64,000 bases of DNA from an uncultured Chloroflexia bacterium (GTDB lineage Bacteria; Chloroflexota; Limnocylindria; Limnocylindrales; CSP1-4), in assembly GCA_963833225.1 (NCBI GenBank), contig CAWHXD010000007.1, forward strand, positions 480,001-544,000, written 5' to 3'. Below, in pieces: positions 50,452-60,685 of the stretch (its first letter is position 1; every line of letters begins with the position of its first letter). The notes beneath the pieces are model-generated. The model was not told where the DNA came from, made no database searches, and saw nothing but the letters and a program-made list of their open reading frames with translations. Made by a program: the position numbers and the translations under genes.

Positions 50452-51719
50452 CCTGGCAGTGGCCGGTGCGGCCACCTCGTGTCGTGATCACCGGGATGGG
50501 CGCCGTCACGGCGCTGGGACAGGATGTGGGCTCCACCTGGGACGGGCTCGTCGCGGGCCGGTCGGGTGTCGCCCGGATCACCCAGTTCGACCCGGAGCGC
50601 GTGAGCTCGCGGATCGCGGCGGAGGTCAAGGATTTCGACCCGTCCGCCGTGCTGGACCGCAAGGACATGCGCCGGACCGACCGGTACATCCAGTTCGCGC
50701 TCGTCGCCGCTCGCCAGGCGATGGACCAGGCGGGGTTGCCCGGTCGCCTTGACGAGGCGATGGGCGTCCGGACCGGCGTCATCGTCGGGTCGGGCCTGGG
50801 CGGCGTCCACACCCTGTTCGACAACGTGCTCCTGATGGCCGGGCGCGGACCGGACCGGATCTCGCCGTTCTTCATCCCGATGGGCATCGCCAACGTGGGT
50901 GCCGGGCAGATCGCGATCGCCACCGGCGCCATCGGCCCCAACTTCGCCACCGTGTCGGCGTGCGCGTCGGGCGGCCACGCCCTGGGCGAGGCCTGGGAGA
51001 CCATCCGCCGCGGCGATGCGGACATGATGCTCGCGGGCGGCGTCGAAGCCGGCATCCACGAGGCCACGGTCGGCGGGTTCGCGTCGATGAAGGCGCTGTC
51101 GACGCGCAACGACGACCCTGAGGCCGCGTCCCGGCCCTTCGACAGGGGCCGTGACGGCTTCGTCATCGGCGAGGGCGGCGGGGTGCTGATCCTCGAGACC
51201 CTCGAGCACGCCGAGGCCCGGCATGCGGTTCCGCTCGCGGAGCTCGTGGGCTACGGGGCAACGGCGGACGCGTCGCACATCACGCTGCCGGCGCCCGGGG
51301 GGATCGGCGCGGTCCGGGCCGCCCGGCGCGCCCTCGAGAAGGCCGGCATGGACCCGGCCGAGATCGTGCACGTCAACGCCCATGCCACGTCCACCCCCGA
51401 GGGCGACAAGGCGGAGCTGCAGGCGATCCGCACGATCTTCGGGGATCACGCTCCGGCGGTCTCCGTGGCGGCCCACAAGTCCATGATCGGCCACACGCTT
51501 GGCGCGGCCGGCGCGATCGAAGCGATCGCCACGATCTGCGCGATGCGCGAGGGGTGCATCCCGCCCACGATCAACCTCGTCGACCCCGACGATCTCGCGC
51601 AAGGCCTGGACCTCACCCCCAACACCGCCGTCCGCCGGCCGGTTGCGGCCGCGATGTCCAACTCGTTCGGGTTTGGCGGGCAGAACACGGCGCTCGTCTT
51701 CCGGAGGTGGGACGGATGA
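50448..51719 (+). CDS. fabF: 3-oxoacyl-ACP synthase II
   Basis: VVITGMG, SACASG, SRPFD, NAHATST, KSMIGHTLGAAG, NSFGFGG. Confidence 0.96.
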   Translation: MTWQWPVRPPRVVITGMGAVTALGQDVGSTWDGLVAGRSGVARITQFDPERVSSRIAAEVKDFDPSAVLDRKDMRRTDRYIQFALVAARQAMDQAGLPGRLDEAMGVRTGVIVGSGLGGVHTLFDNVLLMAGRGPDRISPFFIPMGIANVGAGQIAIATGAIGPNFATVSACASGGHALGEAWETIRRGDADMMLAGGVEAGIHEATVGGFASMKALSTRNDDPEAASRPFDRGRDGFVIGEGGGVLILETLEHAEARHAVPLAELVGYGATADASHITLPAPGGIGAVRAARRALEKAGMDPAEIVHVNAHATSTPEGDKAELQAIRTIFGDHAPAVSVAAHKSMIGHTLGAAGAIEAIATICAMREGCIPPTINLVDPDDLAQGLDLTPNTAVRRPVAAAMSNSFGFGGQNTALVFRRWDG

Positions 51720-52414
51720 CCGGTGACGAGTCGCAGCCCGAGCCCGCAGAGGAGGTGTCGATGACCGAGCCCGGCCTGGTTGAGCCCATCGCGGTGGGCC
51801 CCGGCGAGCCCGAGGCGTCCGCTGGCAACGGCGCAGCGGGCGATGCATCCCCGGTGCCGGCAGCCACGGGACCCGATGACGAGCCCATCGCGGGCGGCTC
51901 CGTGACCGACGCGCCCACCGACCCGTCGGACACCTCGCTGCTCGCCCTCGTGGACCAGCTGACCGTCCTGCTCGAGCGGAGCGACCTCGGGGAGCTCGAG
52001 GTGGCCGCGGGCGACACGACCATCATCCTGCGGTCGCCGGCCGCGATCGAGCGCCCGGCCGCGGCGGCCTCATCGCCCGCGGTCGAACCGACGCCCGCCG
52101 CCGATGGTGGGTCCTCGTCCTCGCCCGCCGCGCAACCCCCGGCCCAGGTCCCCGCCCCGGTGGTGGCGCCGGCCAAGCCGTCGGTCAAGGCGCCCCTCAC
52201 GGGCATCTTCTACGGCGCGCCGTCGCCGGGAGCCACCGCCTACGTGGCCGTTGGCGATCACGTTGCCGTCGGCCAGATCATCGGCCTGATCGAGGCGATG
52301 AAGCTGTTCAATGAGATCAAGAGCGACCTCGCCGGCCGCGTCGTGCGCGTCTGCGCCGACAATGGGGCGCTGGTCAAGGCCAGGCAACCGCTGATCGAGG
52401 TCGAGCTCGCATGA
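51716..52414 (+). CDS. accB: Biotin carboxyl carrier protein with acidic N-terminal extension
   Basis: APLTGIFYGAPSPG thumb; intact IEAMKLFNEI motif (Lys codon 52301-52303). Confidence 0.93.
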   Translation: MTGDESQPEPAEEVSMTEPGLVEPIAVGPGEPEASAGNGAAGDASPVPAATGPDDEPIAGGSVTDAPTDPSDTSLLALVDQLTVLLERSDLGELEVAAGDTTIILRSPAAIERPAAAASSPAVEPTPAADGGSSSSPAAQPPAQVPAPVVAPAKPSVKAPLTGIFYGAPSPGATAYVAVGDHVAVGQIIGLIEAMKLFNEIKSDLAGRVVRVCADNGALVKARQPLIEVELA

Positions 52415-53609
52415 CGTCCCCTGCGACGCGCTCAGTCCGCCTCACCGGCTGGGGTCGCTACGCCCCCGCCCAGGTGCTCACCAACGCCGACCTGGAGCGC
52501 ATGGTCGACACCTCCGACGAGTGGATCGTCAGCCGCACCGGGATCCGCGAGCGGCGGGTCGCGGCCGCCGACGAGACGACCGCGTCGATGGCGGCCGTGG
52601 CTGGGCTGCGGGCGATCCACACCGCCGGCCTCGCGCCCGAGGACATCGACCTGATCATCCTCGCCACGCTCACGCCCGACTACTGGATGCCGTCCACGGC
52701 GGCGCTGGTCAAGGAGGCGATCGGCAACTACGAAGGCGGCTGCCTTCGACGTCGCGGCCGCCTGCTCCGGCTTCGTGTATGCCTACGCGACCGCGTCCGC
52801 CTACATCGCGTCCGGGATGGCCCAGCAACGCGCTCGTCATCGGGGCGGAGCTGCTGACCCGGTTCCTGGACTACTCGGACCGGAGCACCTGCATCCTGTT
52901 CGGGGACGGCGCGGGGGCCGTGGTGCTCAGCGCCAGCGACGAGCCAACGGCGCCGATCGGCATCGAGATGACGACCGAGCCCCAGGGCGCGTACATGATC
53001 TGGCTCCCGGCGGGTGGCTCCAAGAGCCCGCCGTCGGCCGAGACGATCGCCCGCGGCGAGCACAAGATCCGGATGGAAGGCCGCGAGACCTATCGCTTCG
53101 CCACCCGGACCCTCGCCTCCACCGCCCTCGCCGCCGTCGCCAAGGCGGGCCTGACCCAGGGCGACATCGACCTGATCATCCCGCACCAGGCCAACATCCG
53201 GATCATCGAGGCGGTGGCCAAGGGCCTGGACCTGTCGATGGACCGGATCTACGTCAACCTCGACCGCTACGGCAACACCTCGGCCGCGTCGGTGCCCATC
53301 GCGCTCGCCGAGGCGGTGAATGAGGGCCGCGTCCAGGCCGGTGACAAGATCGTGTTCGTCGCCTTTGGCGCCGGCTTCACGTCCGGCGCGGTGGCCATGG
53401 AGTGGACCGCCGACCCGGCCCGCGGCCGTGACGCCGACGACGCCGTCCGGGCGGCCGATGTCCGGATCCGGCTGCCGCAGGACTGGGATTCCGTGGATCC
53501 CATCCCGCCCGCGCTGGCCGAGATCCTCGCCCGGCCACTGCCCGGGCACATGGACCTGTCCGACGTCGCGCCCGGCGAGCCCGAGCACGCCCACCAGCCC
53601 ACACACTGA
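52411..53609 (+). CDS. fabH: 3-oxoacyl-ACP synthase III; +1 frameshifts near 52729 and 52822
   Basis: DTSDEWIVSRTGIRERR, AACSGF (middle frame), LFGDGAGA, PHQAN, GNTSAAS, FGAG. Confidence 0.94.
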
Positions 53610-53656
53610 CCGCCCAGGCCCCGCCCGGCCTTGAGCCCCGGAGGAAGGAACGCCAC

Positions 53657-54406
53657 ATGCTCGATCTCAACGGCAAGGTCGCCCTCGTCACCGGAGGGTC
53701 CCGCGGCATCGGCCGCGCCGTCTCGCTGATGCTCGCCCGGCAGGGAGCCAACGTGGCCTTCATCGACCGCGAGGCGTGTCTCCTCGACGACCACACCAAG
53801 AGCGACGTGGAGGCCCTTGGCCGCCGATCGGTGTGTGTGGGCGGCGACGTCACCAGCCCGGAGTCGTGTGCCGAGACGGTGGAGGCAGCGCTCAAGGCGT
53901 TCGGGCGCATCGACATCCTGGTCAACAACGCGGGGATCACCCGCGACGACCTCGCCATGCGGATGAGCGACCAGGCCTGGGCCGACGTGATCAACGTCAA
54001 CCTCACCGGGTCGTTCTACATGGCCCGGGCCGTCCTCCGCCCGATGCTCAAGCAGCGCTCGGGGCGGATCGTCAACATGTCCAGCGTGTCCGGCCAGATG
54101 GGCAACGCGGGTCAGGCGAACTACTCGGCGTCCAAGGCGGGGCTGATCGGCCTCACCAAGGCCCTTGCCCGCGAGGTCGCCTCGCGCGGGATCACGGTCA
54201 ACGCCATCGCTCCCGGCTTTGTCGTCACGGAGCTCACCGACACGCTCCCGGACGGCGTGAAGGACGCGATCAAGGGCGCCACGCCGCTGGGCCGCTTTGC
54301 CACGCCGGACGAGATCGCGGCGGCCGTCACCTTCCTCGTCTCGGACGAGGCCGGGTACATCACGGGCCAGGTGCTCGGGGTGGACGGCGGCCTCGCGATG
54401 ATGTAG
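53657..54406 (+). CDS. fabG: 3-oxoacyl-ACP reductase
   Basis: TGGSRGIG, NNAGITRD, GNAGQANYSASK, VDGG. Confidence 0.96.
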   Translation: MLDLNGKVALVTGGSRGIGRAVSLMLARQGANVAFIDREACLLDDHTKSDVEALGRRSVCVGGDVTSPESCAETVEAALKAFGRIDILVNNAGITRDDLAMRMSDQAWADVINVNLTGSFYMARAVLRPMLKQRSGRIVNMSSVSGQMGNAGQANYSASKAGLIGLTKALAREVASRGITVNAIAPGFVVTELTDTLPDGVKDAIKGATPLGRFATPDEIAAAVTFLVSDEAGYITGQVLGVDGGLAMM

Positions 54407-54408
54407 CG

Positions 54409-54981
54409 GTGCCGTTCAGCGTCGAGGAGACCGCGATCCCGGAGGTCCGGATCGTCCACCCTGAGCGCTATCACGACGGCCGCGGGTGGCTGGCCGAGAT
54501 CGTCGCGCTCCCCGCGTTCGAGGAGCTGGACCTGCCGACCCGCTTCGTCCAGGTCAACCAGTCGCGCTCCGCCCGGGGCGTCGTGCGCGGACTGCACTTC
54601 CAGTGGGAGCCGCCCCAGGGCAAGCTGATGCGGGTGGTCCACGGACGGGCGTTCATGGTCGCCGTCGACGTCCGGCCCGGTTCACCGACCCTTGGCAGGG
54701 CCGTGACGCTCGAGGCCTCCGACGAGGACCCTGTCCTGTTCTGGGCGCCGGCCTCGTTCGCGCGCGGGTTCTGCGCCCTTGCGGACGCCACCGAGATCGA
54801 GTACTTCTGCACCAACCCCTACAACCCCGCGTGCGAGACCGGCGTCCGCTGGGACGATCCCGCCCTGGGGATCGACTGGCCGATCCTCGCGCCCCGGCTG
54901 TCAGCGAAGGACGCCGCGGCGGGCACGCTCGCGGACTGGCTCGTGCGGCCGGAGTCGGAGGCCTTCCGCTACACAGGCTGA
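54409..54981 (+). CDS. rfbC: dTDP-4-dehydrorhamnose 3,5-epimerase
   Basis: DGRG, FVQVNQS, RGLHFQ, QGKL, DVRPGSPT, WDDP, LSAKD. Confidence 0.88.
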   Translation: MPFSVEETAIPEVRIVHPERYHDGRGWLAEIVALPAFEELDLPTRFVQVNQSRSARGVVRGLHFQWEPPQGKLMRVVHGRAFMVAVDVRPGSPTLGRAVTLEASDEDPVLFWAPASFARGFCALADATEIEYFCTNPYNPACETGVRWDDPALGIDWPILAPRLSAKDAAAGTLADWLVRPESEAFRYTG

Positions 54982-55072
54982 GCACCTCCGCGGTCCGGGC
55001 ACCGTCCGTCCGGGGCAGCTCGGTACCTTCGGTTGGTGCCATCTGTCACCCGCCGGGTGCAGCATCGCTGCC

Positions 55073-56929
55073 GTGGAGCCACTCAGCCCTTCGCCGCGAA
55101 GCGTCCGTCCGGGTCCGCATCTGGCCCCCGGCCGGGTGCACATGCTCGTGTTTGCCGGTGGCCTCGTCGTCCTCCTGCTGGGCGTCGCGGGCTGGATCGT
55201 CCAGGGTGGCCCCCGGGCGTTCGAGGACCTCGTGGTGGTCCTGGACCTCACGATCGGCGGCACGATCCTGTGCACGGGTTCCCTCGTGGGACGCGCCCGC
55301 TCCGCCGAGGCCCGTCGCAGTGCGCAGCTGGCGATGCTCCAGCACGCCGCGAGACGGATGACCGGGAGCCTGACCGCCGAGGACGTCGGACGAGCGGTGG
55401 TCGAGGAGACGCGGCGCGTCATCGACTACCACAACGCCCGCGTCTACCTGCTCGAGCGGCCCGACGATCTCGTGGCCGTCGCCTTCGAGGGTCGAGTGGG
55501 CGCATACGACACGGTGGATCTCGAGATCCTGCGGACGAAGGTCGGAACGGGGTTCACAGGTTGGGTGGCCCAGCAACGGACGCCGATCCGCGTCGATGAC
55601 GCCGAGGGGGATCCGCGTGGGGTGACGATCCCGGGCACCGAGCCCGTGGAGGAGTCCATGCTCGTCGTCCCGATGCAGACCGACGACCTGCTGGTGGGCG
55701 TCGTCACCCTGTCCAAGCTGGGTCTTCACCAGTTTGACGACCAGGACCTGCGCCTGCTCATGACGCTTGCCGACCAGGCCGCCACCGCGTTCACGCGCGC
55801 CCGCCACCTTGCCGACGCCGATCGCCTGACCGCCGAGCTCCGGCAGCTGCTCGAGATGAGCAGCGCGCTCTCGCGTTCGCTCGACCCGGCGGCCGTTGCG
55901 GACCTCATCGCCATGCACCTTGCCGGCGCGGTCGGAGCTGCGTCCGCCCAGATCAGCGCCTGGGAACCACAGGAGGACAGGATCCGAACGCTGGGCTGCC
56001 ACCCGGCAGGGGAGCGCAGTCGGTTCGAGGGCGTGTTTGACCTCGGCCAGTATCCGTTGACGCGTGATGTCCTCCAGCGGCGCATGATCGCGAGCGTCGA
56101 TGTCGCCGACCCTGAGGCGGACCCGGCCGAGGTTGCGCTGTTGCAGGCCGAAGGTGAAGGGGGCCTCCTCATGCTGCCCCTGGTAGCCAAGGACGAGGCC
56201 ATCGGTCTCCTCGAGCTGATGTTCCCCGGCCGGCCACTCCAGGACCCGGTCCTGATCACGCTCGCCCGGACGATGGCCCACGAGGCGGCGATGGCTCTCG
56301 AGAACGCGCGGCTGTACGAGACGGCGCGCACGCTGGCCGACCGGGACCCGCTGACCGGCTTTCACAACCACCGGTACCTGCACGAGCGCCTGACCGAGGA
56401 GGTGGTGCGGGCCACCCGCACGCGCCAGCCGCTCAGCGTGCTGATGCTCGACCTCGACGACTTCAAGCTGGTGAACGACGCGTTCGGACACCTGTACGGC
56501 GACCGGATGCTGGCCCACGTGGCGGACCTGATGCGCGGCGCGCTGCGATTGTCGGACGTGCCGGCCCGATACGGGGGCGACGAGTTCACCGTGATCCTCC
56601 CCGAGACGCCTCGCGAGGGAGCGGCCAGGGTCGCCGAGCGCCTGCTCGAGGCGTTCCGGGGCTCGCCGTTCGTCGCCGACGGGCGTCAGTCGCTGCCCGT
56701 CGGGGCATCGCTCGGGATCGCCACGTACCCCGACGACGGGCGGACGGCGACGGAGCTGATCATGATCGCTGACCGCGGCCTCTACCAGGCGAAGAACGCC
56801 GGTGGCAACCGTGTGTCGTCGGATGATTCCCCCGACGCCGCGGCCGGCGAAGCCGATGGGCCTTCGCCAGACACCACCACCCGTCGGACGGCGGTTGCGG
56901 GGCCTCAGGTGGGGTTCGGGCGCTCCTAG
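55073..56929 (+). CDS. Membrane-anchored GAF-GAF-GGDEF diguanylate cyclase
   Basis: Two TMs, two GAF domains, DPLTG, DLDDFK, RLSD I-site, RYGGDEF. Confidence 0.92.
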   Translation: MEPLSPSPRSVRPGPHLAPGRVHMLVFAGGLVVLLLGVAGWIVQGGPRAFEDLVVVLDLTIGGTILCTGSLVGRARSAEARRSAQLAMLQHAARRMTGSLTAEDVGRAVVEETRRVIDYHNARVYLLERPDDLVAVAFEGRVGAYDTVDLEILRTKVGTGFTGWVAQQRTPIRVDDAEGDPRGVTIPGTEPVEESMLVVPMQTDDLLVGVVTLSKLGLHQFDDQDLRLLMTLADQAATAFTRARHLADADRLTAELRQLLEMSSALSRSLDPAAVADLIAMHLAGAVGAASAQISAWEPQEDRIRTLGCHPAGERSRFEGVFDLGQYPLTRDVLQRRMIASVDVADPEADPAEVALLQAEGEGGLLMLPLVAKDEAIGLLELMFPGRPLQDPVLITLARTMAHEAAMALENARLYETARTLADRDPLTGFHNHRYLHERLTEEVVRATRTRQPLSVLMLDLDDFKLVNDAFGHLYGDRMLAHVADLMRGALRLSDVPARYGGDEFTVILPETPREGAARVAERLLEAFRGSPFVADGRQSLPVGASLGIATYPDDGRTATELIMIADRGLYQAKNAGGNRVSSDDSPDAAAGEADGPSPDTTTRRTAVAGPQVGFGRS

Positions 56930-57039
56930 TCCAGTACGGAAGTACCACGACCGGGTCGCCGACGGTACGGTCCAGGCAACTTGCCGCCGACCTGCCGAGG
57001 CCGCATGCTTGGCCCAGGGTGCGATACGGGGAACGCTCC

Positions 57040-58452
57040 ATGGGCAACACCGGGCTGCGCGACGATGTGCGAGCCCTGACCCGGCACCCGCTTCTCCTCT
57101 CGCTCCTGGTCCTGGGTGTGGTCGAGGTCATCCGCTTCCACCTGCAGCCGAGCGCGCTCGACGCGGCCGCCATCGCGCTCGTGGCGGTGGTTGCGCTGGC
57201 CGCGGCGCGTGAGCGGGGACGGGTGGCGGAGGGCGAGGGGAGCCGGCGGACCGAGGCCGAGTCGTTCGCGAGGATCCTTCGAGGCCTGTCCCGGTCCGTG
57301 TCCCCGGATGCGATCGTCGAGGCGATCATGGAAGAGCTCGGAACCGGGACCGGGGCGGACCATGTGGCCGTCGTCCGCCGCCGGCCCGAGGCGCTGAACC
57401 TCGAGGCGATCCTGTCACCGACGCGCGCCGGTGCCCCGGCCTCGCGCACCACCCTCCCGTTGCGCGAGCTCGAGGATCCGGCGATCGACCTGGCGGCCGC
57501 CGAGCTGGCGATCGCGGCGGCCCGGGGCCGCCGGCTCACGGCAATCCCGATCGAGCCAGATCCGGATGGCGATCCGGATCTCGTCCCGCTCGGTCTCGCG
57601 GGACCCAGGTCCGGCGGTCGGCAACCGCACGCGCCGGCCGGTACGGCGATGGCCGTCGAGGCCGGCAGGTCACCGGCCGCGACCAGGATCTCGCGGGAGC
57701 GCCGCGCGTCGCATGCCACCCCGGCTCGCGAGGGCGCCGATCAGCGAATCGCCGACCGGATCGGCGACCGCCTCCGCGATGTCTACGGCCTCGGAAACCT
57801 GCTCGCCGCACCACTCCGGGTCAACGGGCGGGTCGAGGGGGCGATCGTCCTGTCACGGAGGCTGCGAACCGCCTGGCCGGAGAGCACCCACGAGTTCCTG
57901 GAGGCCGCCGCGGTCGAGGCGTCGGCGGCCCTGGCTCGCGTCTACTCCCTGCGTGACGCGGAGGCCCGCGCGACCACGGATGCGCTCACCGGCCTGCCCA
58001 ATCGCCGCTACTTCGACGAGTACCTGGGCCTCCTGGGCCGGCGGCGCCGGGCTGAGGACCGGGTGGGCGTGCTGATGATCGACATCGACCGGTTCAAGAA
58101 GCTCAACGACACCTTCGGCCACGCGGTGGGCGACCACGTGCTGCGTGAGGTCGCCCAGGGGATCGCCAATGCCGTCCGGGAGGGCGACGTGCCGTCTCGC
58201 TATGGGGGCGAGGAGTTCGCCGTCCTGCTCAAGAATCCGTCCCCGGAGATCGCGGCAGAGGTGGGGGAGCGGGTCCGCCGCGCGGTCGCTGGCCTGGACC
58301 TGCGGCGCATGGGTGTGCCGGGGGTGTCCGTGTCTGTGGGCGTCGCCGTGGCCGACCAGCCGGACATCCCGCTCGAGGCGGTCGTCAACGATGCGGACCG
58401 TGCGCTCTACCGGGCGAAGCGCGCTGGGCGCGACCGGGTGGTGGCCGCGTAG
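57040..58452 (+). CDS. Membrane-anchored GAF-GGDEF diguanylate cyclase
   Basis: Two TMs, DALTGLPNRR, DIDRFK, REGD I-site, RYGGEEF. Confidence 0.92.
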   Translation: MGNTGLRDDVRALTRHPLLLSLLVLGVVEVIRFHLQPSALDAAAIALVAVVALAAARERGRVAEGEGSRRTEAESFARILRGLSRSVSPDAIVEAIMEELGTGTGADHVAVVRRRPEALNLEAILSPTRAGAPASRTTLPLRELEDPAIDLAAAELAIAAARGRRLTAIPIEPDPDGDPDLVPLGLAGPRSGGRQPHAPAGTAMAVEAGRSPAATRISRERRASHATPAREGADQRIADRIGDRLRDVYGLGNLLAAPLRVNGRVEGAIVLSRRLRTAWPESTHEFLEAAAVEASAALARVYSLRDAEARATTDALTGLPNRRYFDEYLGLLGRRRRAEDRVGVLMIDIDRFKKLNDTFGHAVGDHVLREVAQGIANAVREGDVPSRYGGEEFAVLLKNPSPEIAAEVGERVRRAVAGLDLRRMGVPGVSVSVGVAVADQPDIPLEAVVNDADRALYRAKRAGRDRVVAA

Positions 58453-58678
58453 TGGCCGCGTAGGTCGCCAACGCTCTCCGGGCTCCTCGCATCGGCCCCG
58501 TTCCGCGCTGCCGGTCCCGCGCCGGTCCCGGCGCGCCGGGCCCTGGTCCGCGCCGGTCCCGGGCGCCCGGCGCTCGTCCGGTGCGGCGATGCGCTGGTGG
58601 AGGCCCCCGGCGCCCAGGACGTGCGCTCCCGCCGGCCGTTCCGGCCTGCGCCGGTCGCCCGGCGCCCACATCGTCTCG

Positions 58679-58746
58679 CCACGCGACCGTTGGGGCTCCG
58701 CGCGACCGCTGGTGGCCCACGCGACCGCTGGTGGCCCACGCGACCC
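58679..58746. repeat. Tandem 19-bp repeat upstream of polX
   Basis: cgcgaccgctggtggccca twice exactly (58701-58738), plus a degenerate upstream copy and a partial downstream copy. Confidence 0.75.
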
Positions 58747-58762
58747 TCGTACCATGAGGGGC

Positions 58763-60660
58763 ATGCCCCGCCGCGATGCCTCGCCGATCCTGCCGCCCCT
58801 CGATGCCGACCAGCCCGAGGGGTCGGAGGCGGTCAACGGCGCTGCCCGCCAGGCGCTTGCCAACGGGGACCTGGCGCGGATCTTCCATGAGATCGGGGAC
58901 ATCCTCGAGCTCACGGGTGAGATCCCGTTCAAGACGGTTGCCTACCATCGCGCCGCGGATGCGATCGAGCGAGCGGCATTCGACGTCGCATCGGCCTATG
59001 GCGCGGGTGACCGGCGCCCGATCCCCGGGGTTGGCCAGGCGATCAGCGACAAGATCACCGAGCTGGCCAGGACGGGACGCATGGCCTATCACGAGCGCCT
59101 GCGCGCCGAGATCCCGCCCACGCTCGTGGAGCTGCTGCGGATCCCCGGCGTGGGACCCAAGACCGTGCGCCAGGTGTGGGAGACGCTCGGGATTGCGACC
59201 CTCGAGGACCTCAGGGCGGCGGCCGAGGCGGGTCGCCTGCAGGGGCCTCAAGGGCATCAGCGCCGCGACCGAGCAGCGCATCCTCGAGGGGATCAGGCAG
59301 CTCGAGTCGCGGCCCCGGCGACTGCAGATCGACCAGGCCCAGCGACTGTCCGACGACCTCGCCTCCCAGCTCGCTGCCCGTGCCAGGCGTCGTGCGTGTC
59401 GTGCAGGCTGGCTCGCTTCGGCGGCGCCGTGAGACGGTGGGCGACCTGGACCTGCTCGTCGAGACGGAAGACCCGGACACGGCGATCGACCGGTTCATCA
59501 ACCTCGGGGTCGCGGACCGGGTGCTCGGGGCCGGCCATGCGAAGGCGGCGATCGCCCTGGCTCGGGGCCCGCAGGTGGACCTGATGGTGATGCCACCGGG
59601 CGAGGCCGGGACATACCTCGTCCACTTCACGGGCTCGGCCGACCACAACATCGGGCTCCGGGGGATCGCGCGCGACCGTGGCTGGAGCCTGTCCGAGAAG
59701 GGCTTCGCCCGGATCGGCGACGACGGCGAGCTGCTCGAGGGCACGGACGCGGAGCTCCGGACGTTCGTGGACGAAGAGGGCGTCTATGGCTTCCTCGGCC
59801 TTGACTGGGTTCCCCCGGAGCTGCGCGAGGATCGAGGTGAGATCGAGGCGGCGCGCGAGGGCCGGCTGCCATCCCTGGTGATCCCTGGCGACCTCCGCGG
59901 CGACCTCCACAGCCACTCCGAGTGGAGCGACGGCGTCCACTCCATCGAGTCCATGGCCGAGGCCGCCCGGGCGCGCGGGTACGCCTACCAGGTGCTCACG
60001 GACCACTCCCAGGGCCTCGCGATCGCGCGCGGCCTCGACCCTGAGCGCGTCGAGCTGCAGCGGGCGATCATCGCCAGCCTCAACGCGCGCTTCGCCGCGG
60101 AGGAGGCCGCCGGACGCCTCCCGGATGGCGCGGATCCGGGCGGCTTCCGGCTCCTCCATGGCTGCGAGCTGGAGGTCCGCGCGGATGGCGAGCTCGACTA
60201 CGACGAGGACCTGCTGGCCCGCTTCGACCTCGTCGTCGCGTCGGTCCATGTCGCGCGCCGGCAGCCACGCGCTGAGCTCACGCGCCGCACGCTCAACGCG
60301 ATCCGAAGCCCGCACGTGGATGTCATCGCCCACCCGGCCGGCCGGATGATCCAGGGCCGGGATGACCTGGACCTCGACTGGGATGCGGTGTTCGAGGCGG
60401 CCGCCGCCACCGGCACGGCCCTCGAGATCAACGGGTCCCCGCACCGGCTCGACCTGGCGCCGGAACGGGCGCGCCGCGCGATCGACGGCGGCTGCCTGCT
60501 GTCCATCGACTCCGACGCGCACAGGACCGAGGAGCTGGGCTACGTCCGCTGGGGCGTGGACCAGGCTCGGCGCGCCTGGGTGGAGCCGCGGCATGTGCTC
60601 AACACGCGGACACGTGAGGAGCTTCTCGACTGGGTCGCGGGCAAGCCCGGTCGCCTGTGA
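58763..60660 (+). CDS. polX: DNA polymerase X / PHP exonuclease; +1 frameshifts near 59243 and 59378
   Basis: HhH IPGVG motifs, GSLRRRRETVGDLD, QVDL, FTGS, PPELRE, PHP motifs DLHSHS, TDHS, DSDAH. Confidence 0.93.
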
Positions 60661-60685
60661 CCTGCCCGACGTACCATCGCCCGCG

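Noticed and set aside
47750-53609. Pseudogenisation or recoding of accC and fabH
   Set aside because: No in-frame stops or motif decay, no slippery heptamers, and all lesions are insertions, which fits read error
58679-58746. CRISPR array
   Set aside because: Repeats are directly tandem with no spacers, and no cas genes are present
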